A stretch of 16,121 nucleotides of DNA from Candidatus Oleincola secundus (GTDB lineage Bacteria > Atribacterota > Phoenicimicrobiia > Phoenicimicrobiales > Stramentimicrobiaceae), in contig JAGYLS010000041.1 in NCBI GenBank assembly GCA_018400815.1, forward strand, positions 1 to 16,121, given 5' to 3'. A program made the position numbers and the translations under genes. The notes under the pieces are model-generated. The model made no database searches. It was not told the DNA's origin and saw nothing but the letters and a program-made list of their open reading frames with translations. The stretch's first letter is position 1. Each line of letters starts with the position of its first letter. Shown piece after piece: positions 8,979 to 16,121 of this stretch.

Positions 8979-9614
8979 TTAATAATTCAACACATAAATA
9001 GTGGTTTTCTCAGGAAGAGTTGATGAATTAACCTCAAAAAAATTCTCACCGACCATTTTTATATTTTGTTTTTCATTAAGAAATACAGACAATGGATCGA
9101 TTGACCACTTAATCGCCTCAGTTTTATAATGCATAGGAATAACTATTTTTGCTTTAATCTGATTAATTACCTGTTCTGCCTGAATATGGTTAATTGTAAA
9201 ATATCCACCTACTGGTATAAATAAAATATCAACATTATTTATTTGTTCTAATTGCTCATTATACAGTAAATGGCCTAAATCACCGAGATGACACAATGTT
9301 AATTCATCTGTTTTTGTTACAAAAATCGTGTTCTCTCCTCTATGCTTGCCATAAACGCTATCATGATAGGATGAAATTCCTTTGAAAACTATCTTATGGG
9401 TATCTCGGTTAACAGGTCCTTTTAAGACAACTGGTTTTCCCTTTATGCCCATTGTGTTATTATGGTCATAATGTTCATGGCTAATAGTAATAATATTAAT
9501 TTTTTCTTTGGTCATACGGTAGCCCAATGTCTCATCAAAAGGGTCTGTTAAAATATTAATTCCTCGTTCATTGGTTATTAAAAAACAGGAATGTCCTAAC
9601 CACCTTATTTTCAT
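8979..9614 (-). CDS. MBL-fold metallo-hydrolase (substrate unknown)
   Basis: WLGHSCFLI, ILTDPF, SHEHYDH (HxHxDH), HLGDLG, IPVGG, IPMHY. Confidence 0.92.
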   Translation of the reverse strand: MKIRWLGHSCFLITNERGINILTDPFDETLGYRMTKEKINIITISHEHYDHNNTMGIKGKPVVLKGPVNRDTHKIVFKGISSYHDSVYGKHRGENTIFVTKTDELTLCHLGDLGHLLYNEQLEQINNVDILFIPVGGYFTINHIQAEQVINQIKAKIVIPMHYKTEAIKWSIDPLSVFLNEKQNIKMVGENFFEVNSSTLPEKTTIYVLNY

Positions 9615-9644
9615 AGCTTATCATTTTCTCCATTATTTATAATA

Positions 9645-11147
9645 CTATAATTTTCCATTCATAAAAAACTGGAAAAGAAAATTAATTTTCTTTTGGGCAA
9701 TAGAGCCAGGATAAGCCAATATAATATTACCCGATTCTGATAATTCGATTATATTGAACGGCTCTTGAGTCAATTGTTTAATAATACTTTTCACTAGTCC
9801 TTCTTCAATACTATTAATTTCATTAGAATTTTTTGAAATACCAATTTCCTTAAAAAGTAAATTGATATCCATATAATTATTTTTTTCCCTTGCAATTTGT
9901 AAAATTTTCATTATCTCTCTTATTAAAATCCATTGGTCCCATTGTTTTTCTCTTATTCCCATTAATTTATCACTATTATTGCTGGGATGATGCATAGGAC
10001 TGAAAGCAATTTGTAATTCAAACAACGAAAAAGGCATGCGTTGATGCTCTCTGATAATATTATATAACATAGAAATTTCGTATAGTTGAATCCCCTCTTC
10101 GCTAGACCTATCAATCAATTCTTTAACAGAAAATATTTCTGAAAATAATATTACCGAATTTACACCTATATCCTCTTTTATTTTTTTGATACCAGGCCAA
10201 TCGATTGACCGTATCATGTTAATATTATAATTCTTAGGTAAACCGGTAATCAATAAAGAATAAGATTTGTAATCTAAATCAGCTCTGGCAACCAATAACC
10301 TATGCCTGTAATTATCAAGATATTCAACCTTATACCCTAGAAATTCAAAGCACTGTTTGAGAAAAACATGGAAATCCTTAACACTATCGGCATGCAAGAG
10401 GTTTCGGTAAATTTGTTCTATTTCGTTTAACCACTCAATTAAGCCCCAATGATCTTTCGATATTTCTACATAGCGGGAGTCACTATTTAATATACTTTTA
10501 ATATATTCTGCAAATAAACCCCTATTATCCGGTTCCTGCTTGATAATTTCCGCATAAATCCGGGAATAACTCAATGGTTGTCCTTCTTCTTTTAAAACCT
10601 GATAAATAGTATCACCAATATCTTTTTTTGTATCTGGCCTGATATCCTTCTCCGCAATGATGAAATATTTCTTCTTACTATCGTCAATCAAGCCAATTAA
10701 AAGTGTATCATTTACATCTAATTTTCTCTTTCGATACCATTCTTTTAAGCCGAAGATAAGCTTTTTGCGATAATTAACCAGTGCATTAATCTCTTCTCCA
10801 TCAATATCTACAAAGATAATCTCAATATTACGGTCATCACGGCTCCAGCTAAAATGTGGTTTTAAGTAACTGGTTAAAAAAATAGTGCCATTACGTAGAC
10901 AATAGGAAGTCAATGTGTAAGGTAAATGGGCTTCCCGGTATTTCCATTTAACCAAACCCCATATTCCGCGTTGATACCTTATAAACCTCTGGTCTACACC
11001 CATAGAAGCATTAACATCATGATGAGGATTTTCTGCTTTTAAATCTTTAACTTTTATTACCTCTTCAGTGATTTGGCGATAATGCATTGGTCGATGGTTT
11101 TCTTCCAGAATGTCATAAGCCAAATCAGCAATTGATTTTTTATGCAT
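9645..11147 (-). CDS. Multidomain protein: two HARE-HTH (RNA polymerase delta N-terminal-like) domains, putative B3-like domain, degenerate restriction-endonuclease-like domain
   Basis: 500-aa ORF with GGAGG RBS (11154-11158). Internal repeat aa 4-68 (SIADLAYDILEENHRPMHYRQI...DQRFIRYQRGIWGLVKW) and aa 175-239 (DIGDTIYQVLKEEGQPLSYSRI...DSRYVEISKDHWGLIEW); both end in the D-x-R-F/Y...WGLxxW pattern of the RpoE N-domain. The CDS is near certain; the other domain calls are tentative. Confidence 0.75.
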   Translation of the reverse strand: MHKKSIADLAYDILEENHRPMHYRQITEEVIKVKDLKAENPHHDVNASMGVDQRFIRYQRGIWGLVKWKYREAHLPYTLTSYCLRNGTIFLTSYLKPHFSWSRDDRNIEIIFVDIDGEEINALVNYRKKLIFGLKEWYRKRKLDVNDTLLIGLIDDSKKKYFIIAEKDIRPDTKKDIGDTIYQVLKEEGQPLSYSRIYAEIIKQEPDNRGLFAEYIKSILNSDSRYVEISKDHWGLIEWLNEIEQIYRNLLHADSVKDFHVFLKQCFEFLGYKVEYLDNYRHRLLVARADLDYKSYSLLITGLPKNYNINMIRSIDWPGIKKIKEDIGVNSVILFSEIFSVKELIDRSSEEGIQLYEISMLYNIIREHQRMPFSLFELQIAFSPMHHPSNNSDKLMGIREKQWDQWILIREIMKILQIAREKNNYMDINLLFKEIGISKNSNEINSIEEGLVKSIIKQLTQEPFNIIELSESGNIILAYPGSIAQKKINFLFQFFMNGKL

Positions 11148-11175
11148 TCACTACCTCCGACAGATAATCCAAAAC

Positions 11176-11679
11176 CTATTTCTTATAGTTTTTCATTAAC
11201 TTGACATATCCATCTGCGTGTTCTCGTAACATATCATGTTCTTTTTTAGAAATTTGTCTAACCACTTTACCGGGAATCCCCATGACCATTGAATTGGCAG
11301 GAATAACTGTTTTGGGTGTTACCACTGTTCCGGCAGCAATAATTACATTTTCCTCAATTACTGCTTCATCTAATATATTAGCCCCTGAACCAATTAAGGA
11401 ATAGTCTTTAACAGTACAACCATGCAGAATTGCACCATGTCCAATTGTAACATAGTTTCCGATTTTAGTGGGCACATTTTTTGCCACATGTATCAATACG
11501 CCGTCCTGAACACTAGTATGATGACCTATAGAAATAAAATCCAAATCACCACGCAAAACCGAATAAAACCAAATACTACTCAATTTTCCGATATACACCT
11601 GCCCGACGATACTAGCGTTTTCTACTACCAAAGATGTTTCGTCAATGCTGGGAGTTTTATTATTGTACTTCAAAATCAT
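11176..11679 (-). CDS. Gamma-carbonic-anhydrase family protein (YrdA/CaiE/PaaY-like hexapeptide repeat)
   Basis: SVLRGD, SVQDGVLIH, TIGHGAILHGC (three His ligands), MGIPGKVVR. Start set at ATG 11679 with GGAGG at 11686-11690; overlaps the uvrC end by 20 nt. Confidence 0.93.
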   Translation of the reverse strand: MILKYNNKTPSIDETSLVVENASIVGQVYIGKLSSIWFYSVLRGDLDFISIGHHTSVQDGVLIHVAKNVPTKIGNYVTIGHGAILHGCTVKDYSLIGSGANILDEAVIEENVIIAAGTVVTPKTVIPANSMVMGIPGKVVRQISKKEHDMLREHADGYVKLMKNYKK

Positions 11680-13153
11680 ATCTAACCTCCAAAATATCCT
11701 TAATTTTACAGGCGGTTTTTTCGCCAATCCCTGGTATTTCTTTTAATTCTCTTATTTCAGCTTTTCTGATATGTTCTATGCTTTTAAATTTGGACAAAAG
11801 TTGTTTTTTTCTTTTTTCTCCAATTCCCGGAATAAAATCAATTACCGAATTTCTTATGAGTTTACTGCGAAGTTTTTTATGATAACTAATTGCAAAGCGA
11901 TGGGCTTCATCTCTAATTCTCTGAATAAGAAAAAACACTTCTGAATTCCTGGGTAGCAAAATTGGCTCCTTTTTTCCAGGCCGAAACAGCTCTTCTTCTC
12001 TTTTAGCCAATGATGCTAGCTCTAATTGCACGTCCAATTCTTGTAGTGCTCCAAGAGTTATATTCAGTTGTCCTTTTCCACCATCTAACAATACTAAATC
12101 AGGCAAATTCTCCTTTTTTAATTTACTATCCCGAAATCGTCTATATATAACTTCTCTCATCATGGCAAAATCATTAATACCTTTTACATCTTTTATCTTA
12201 AAATGACGATACTTTTTCTTATCCGGTATTCCTGATTTAAAAGCAACCAAAGAACCGACCGATATTTGTCCATGAATATTAGAGATATCGAAGGCCTCAA
12301 TATTTAATGGAACTACTTTTAATTCTAAATATCTCTGTAAATCCTGAAGCGCTTTGATGAGCGAATTATGATTCTTTTTTTCAGTTAAATAAAAATTCTG
12401 TTTTCTCCGATAATATCTACTGATTTTCTCCTGACTGATTACTTTCTCTATCATACTGATTGTATCTCTAAGTTTAGCAGCTCTTTCGTATAACATTAAT
12501 TGAGAAGCAATTTTCATTTCTTCTTTTAACCTTTTTAGCAGTATATTATGTTGGCCGGATAACAAAAGACAGCATTCCTTTACATTTTTAGAATAATCAT
12601 CTTGACCTATTTTGCCGGCACAGGGAGCAGAACACAAGCCAATCTGGTAATCAAGACAGGTATTTCTATAATTGAATTTCCTTTGGCTGCAATTTCTTAA
12701 TTTAAATATTTCCCTTAATTTTTTAACAGCTTTCCTGGTTATCTCCACATCTATAAAAGGACCAAAATAACGTGCTTTCTTGTCCCTAATTTTCCTGTTT
12801 TTTCTAATCAGGTGTATAGCGGGAAAAGAGTCTTTCGTGGTAATTTGAATATAAGGATAACTCTTATCGTCCTTTAACTGGGTATTAAAGTGAGGCCTAT
12901 TTTTTTTAACCAGATTGCTCTCTAAAAGTAATGCCTCCATTTCCGAAGCAGTAGTAATGTACTCTATATCATAAATCCTACCAATCATTTGACTTACTTT
13001 TGCTGAATGAGCATACGATTTATTGAAATAGGAACTTACTCTGTTTCTTAAAGAAATTGCCTTACCAATATATATGATATTGCCGGTTTGATCTTTAAAA
13101 AGATAAACACCGCTTTTCTGAGGCAGCTGTTTAACTTTTTCTAAAATGTTCAT
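11660..13153 (-). CDS. uvrC: Excinuclease ABC subunit C (short form, about 497 aa)
   Basis: GIY-YIG domain (GVYLFKD...IIYIGKAISLRNRVSSYF), LKDDKSYPY, Cys cluster, UVR helix pair (YERAAKLRD), IEAFDISN, LDGGKGQ, RDEAHRFA, tandem HhH (IPGIGEK twice). Start set at ATG 13153 with AGGAGA RBS. Confidence 0.96.
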   Translation of the reverse strand: MNILEKVKQLPQKSGVYLFKDQTGNIIYIGKAISLRNRVSSYFNKSYAHSAKVSQMIGRIYDIEYITTASEMEALLLESNLVKKNRPHFNTQLKDDKSYPYIQITTKDSFPAIHLIRKNRKIRDKKARYFGPFIDVEITRKAVKKLREIFKLRNCSQRKFNYRNTCLDYQIGLCSAPCAGKIGQDDYSKNVKECCLLLSGQHNILLKRLKEEMKIASQLMLYERAAKLRDTISMIEKVISQEKISRYYRRKQNFYLTEKKNHNSLIKALQDLQRYLELKVVPLNIEAFDISNIHGQISVGSLVAFKSGIPDKKKYRHFKIKDVKGINDFAMMREVIYRRFRDSKLKKENLPDLVLLDGGKGQLNITLGALQELDVQLELASLAKREEELFRPGKKEPILLPRNSEVFFLIQRIRDEAHRFAISYHKKLRSKLIRNSVIDFIPGIGEKRKKQLLSKFKSIEHIRKAEIRELKEIPGIGEKTACKIKDILEVRYDFEVQ

Positions 13154-13188
13154 AGCGTCTCCTAAATTAAATCCTCTCAACAATACTA

Positions 13189-16026
13189 TTACCGATACAG
13201 TTCCGGTTTCATAATATTTTTTAGAAATTGTCCGGTAAAAGAAGCAGGGTGTTGGATAAGTTTTTCTGGTGTACCTTCAAATACTATTTGACCTCCTTCT
13301 TCACCACCACCAGGACCCAAGTCTATAATATGATCAGCCGATTTAATCACTTCAAGATTATGTTCAATAACCAATACAGTATTCCCCTGTTCAACAAGCC
13401 TGTTTAACACCTCCAATAGTTTTCTGACATCATCGAAATGTAACCCTGTCGTAGGTTCGTCTAATAGATACAATGTTCGGCCGGTATTTTTTTTACTTAA
13501 TTCTTTCGAAAGTTTAATTCTTTGTGCTTCTCCTCCTGATAAGGTACTGGCAGACTGCCCTAATTTGATATAACCCAGGCCTACATCGGTAAGAGTTTGC
13601 AAACTTCTTTTTATTTTAGGAATATTTTCAAAAAATTGACTGGCTTCTTCTACCGTCATATCCAAGACTTCAGCAATATTCTTATTCTTATATTTAATCT
13701 CCAGAGTTTCCCTGTTGAATCTTTTTCCTTTACAAACCTCACAGGGAATATATATATCCGGCAAAAAAAACATTTCTATCTTGACTATTCCAGCACCCTC
13801 GCAAGCTTCACACCTTCCACCTTTAACATTGAAACTAAACCTTCCCGGCAGATATCCTCTCATTTTGGCAGATTTGGTCATGGCAAACAATTCTCTGATA
13901 GGAGTAAATGCACCTGTATAGGTGGCCGGATTTGAACGAGATGTCCTGCCAATAGGAGACTGATCAATGGTAATTACTTTATCAATATTTTCTATTCCCT
14001 GCAAACACTCATGGGCCCCCGGCCTAACCCGGCTATGATATAAATTCTTGATAAGGGACTTATATAATATTTCTTCAATTAAAGTACTTTTACCTGAACC
14101 GGAAACCCCGGTAACACAATTCAATTTTCCCAAAGGTATCGTAACATCAATATTTTTTAAATTAAACTGGCTGGCACCAATTATTTTTATGTTTTTATTA
14201 TTGCCAATCCTCCTGTTTTGTGGAATTGGTATATGCCTTTTTCTGCTTAAATATTGGCCGGTTATGGAGTTCTTTTTAAGTTGGATATTCTTTTCATTAC
14301 CCTGTGCTACAAGATATCCTCCGTGTATTCCTGCCCCCGGTCCCAGGTCAACAATAAAATCAGCGGAACGAATAGTTGCCTCATCATGCTCTATTACAAT
14401 AACCGTATTCCCCTGATCTCTTAGCTGAAGCAAAGTCTGCAATAATTTATCATTATCCCGTTGATGTAACCCAATAGATGGTTCATCCAGAATATACAGG
14501 ACACCGGTTAAACTGGAGCCAATTTGAGTAGCTAATCTGATTCTCTGGTTTTCCCCTCCTGCCAGAGTCGAGGAAGAGCGGGAAAGAGTAATATAATCCA
14601 GGCCAACATTCATTAAAAAACTTAACCGATTGGTTATTTCCTTCCTAACCTGTTTTGATATCTCTGCCTCTCTTCTATCAATGCTGAGACTACTAAAAAA
14701 GTCAACTAATTTCCTGATTGTCATATCTGATAAATCAGCGATAGAATAATCAGCAATCTTTACCATTAAACTTTCCGGTCGAAGTCTCTTTCCATTACAG
14801 ACAGAACAATTATTGACAGTCATATATTTTTGAATTTCAGAACGTATATACTCTGATTTAGTTTCCCTGTATCTTCTCTTCAAATTATTAATAACACCTT
14901 CAAATTCATTTTTGTGCACCCATCTATGATCATCTTCTTGCTGCTGATACTCAAAGGTTATTTTATCTTTTCCGGAACCATAAAGCAAAACAACCTGTTG
15001 TTCCCGGGTTAATTTATTAAATGGGGTAGCAAGATTAAAGCCATAATGTTTAGCAACTCCAGATAAAATATGATATAAGTACCGTCCTTTTACATTCCCC
15101 CATGGTAACAGGGCACCTTCTAAAACTGAAATATTTTTATCCGGCACTACTAAATCAGGGTCAAATTCCATTTTATATCCTAACCCGCCACAATTGGGAC
15201 AGGCGCCATATGGACTGTTGAATGAGAATATTCTGGGGGTTATTTCCGGTAAACTAATTCCGCAATGGGGGCAGGAAAACTTTTCACTGAAAATATGTTC
15301 TTTTTCCTGTTCATCTAAAATAACAACCAATCCATCACTTAATTGCAATGCTGTCTCTATAGAGCTGCTTACTCTACTCTTTATTTCCGCTTTTATTATC
15401 AATCGGTCAACAACAATATCAATGTTGTGCATTTTGTACCGGGCTAAATTTATTTCATCATCCACTTCAACCATTTGTCCATCAACCCTTAGCCGTATAA
15501 ATCCTTTTTTTCTAATATCTTCAATAACTTGCCGGTGTTCGCCCTTCTTAGCTTTAATAACAGGAGACAATATTTTTATTCTACTGTTTTGAGGCATTTT
15601 CATTACCCGATCAACGATTTGATCTATCGTCTGTCTACTTATCTTCCTACCACACTTTGGACAGTGGGGGATGCCAATCCTGGCATAGAGCAGGCGCAAA
15701 TAATCGTATATCTCGGTAACTGTTCCCACAGTAGAACGGGGATTCTTACTTGACTTTCTTTGGTCTATTGAAATGGATGGCGATAATCCTTCAATATAGT
15801 CCACATCCGGTTTATCCATCTTTTCCATAAATTGTCTGGCATAAGAAGATAAAGATTCAATATAACGTCGCTGACTTTCTGCATAAATAGTATCAAAAGC
15901 CAGAGACGATTTTCCCGAACCACTTAAGCCGGTAATGACAATGAGTTTATTTCGGGGTATGTTTAGGGAAATATTTTTTAAATTATGCTCCCTTGCCCCT
16001 TTTATGCTTATTTTATTATGTGCCAT
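13189..16026 (-). CDS. uvrA: Excinuclease ABC subunit A
   Basis: GAREHNLKN, two Walker A motifs ([18 protein letters not shown]), several CxxC zinc modules, LDEPSIGLH and LDEPTTGLH, 945 aa; GGGAG RBS. Confidence 0.99.
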   Translation of the reverse strand: MAHNKISIKGAREHNLKNISLNIPRNKLIVITGLSGSGKSSLAFDTIYAESQRRYIESLSSYARQFMEKMDKPDVDYIEGLSPSISIDQRKSSKNPRSTVGTVTEIYDYLRLLYARIGIPHCPKCGRKISRQTIDQIVDRVMKMPQNSRIKILSPVIKAKKGEHRQVIEDIRKKGFIRLRVDGQMVEVDDEINLARYKMHNIDIVVDRLIIKAEIKSRVSSSIETALQLSDGLVVILDEQEKEHIFSEKFSCPHCGISLPEITPRIFSFNSPYGACPNCGGLGYKMEFDPDLVVPDKNISVLEGALLPWGNVKGRYLYHILSGVAKHYGFNLATPFNKLTREQQVVLLYGSGKDKITFEYQQQEDDHRWVHKNEFEGVINNLKRRYRETKSEYIRSEIQKYMTVNNCSVCNGKRLRPESLMVKIADYSIADLSDMTIRKLVDFFSSLSIDRREAEISKQVRKEITNRLSFLMNVGLDYITLSRSSSTLAGGENQRIRLATQIGSSLTGVLYILDEPSIGLHQRDNDKLLQTLLQLRDQGNTVIVIEHDEATIRSADFIVDLGPGAGIHGGYLVAQGNEKNIQLKKNSITGQYLSRKRHIPIPQNRRIGNNKNIKIIGASQFNLKNIDVTIPLGKLNCVTGVSGSGKSTLIEEILYKSLIKNLYHSRVRPGAHECLQGIENIDKVITIDQSPIGRTSRSNPATYTGAFTPIRELFAMTKSAKMRGYLPGRFSFNVKGGRCEACEGAGIVKIEMFFLPDIYIPCEVCKGKRFNRETLEIKYKNKNIAEVLDMTVEEASQFFENIPKIKRSLQTLTDVGLGYIKLGQSASTLSGGEAQRIKLSKELSKKNTGRTLYLLDEPTTGLHFDDVRKLLEVLNRLVEQGNTVLVIEHNLEVIKSADHIIDLGPGGGEEGGQIVFEGTPEKLIQHPASFTGQFLKNIMKPELYR

Positions 16027-16091
16027 TTTTTAACTCCCAATTATTTCCATGCACTTTACAATTGCCTTAAAATATCATCTTTCGTTCATAA

Positions 16092-16120
16092 ATCAGTATC
16101 GAGTATCGAGTATGTAGTAT
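16092..16120. repeat. AGTATCG-type heptamer array, same family as 8292-8315 and 8599-8629, at the window edge
   Basis: ATC-AGTATCG-AGTATCG-AGTATGT-AGTAT versus ATC-AGTATCG-AGTATGT-AGTATCG-AGT at 8289-8315. Confidence 0.9.
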
Positions 16121-16121
16121 T

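Noticed and set aside
9645..11147. Assigning the symbol rpoE or mrr
   Set aside because: About three times the length of delta with no acidic tail, and Mrr catalytic residues appear absent; neither name is justified.
16027..16091. LexA/SOS box or clear promoter upstream of uvrA
   Set aside because: Only a GTTC half-site is present; no complete GAAC-N4-GTTC or CTGT-N8-ACAG, and no well-spaced -35/-10 pair.

Overview
AT-rich bacterial chromosomal window with all 13 supported genes on the minus strand. In transcription order: uvrA, a shortened uvrC, a gamma-carbonic-anhydrase-family gene, a 500-aa multidomain protein, an MBL-fold hydrolase, a 925-bp repeat-rich intergenic region, pyrG, a MobA-like nucleotidyltransferase, rho, rpmE, tdk, thyX, prfA, and a long-form hpf that runs off the window edge. 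The backbone resembles the Bacillota rpoE-pyrG...rho-rpmE-tdk-prfA region. Three things stand out. (1) Near the usual position of rpoE (RNA polymerase delta) lies a protein with two delta-like HARE-HTH repeats, a putative B3/EcoRII-N-like domain, an apparently inactivated Mrr-like nuclease fold and a possible C-terminal winged helix; it lacks the acidic tail and is probably co-transcribed with uvrA and uvrC. (2) A palindromic intergenic element occurs three times; one copy is paired with an IS200-like right end, suggesting a non-autonomous IS200 derivative. (3) A mosaic of different 7-bp-period tandem arrays, some forming inverted pairs, lies upstream of pyrG, and one array recurs upstream of uvrA. 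All domain and family calls come from reading motifs by eye; no searches were run.
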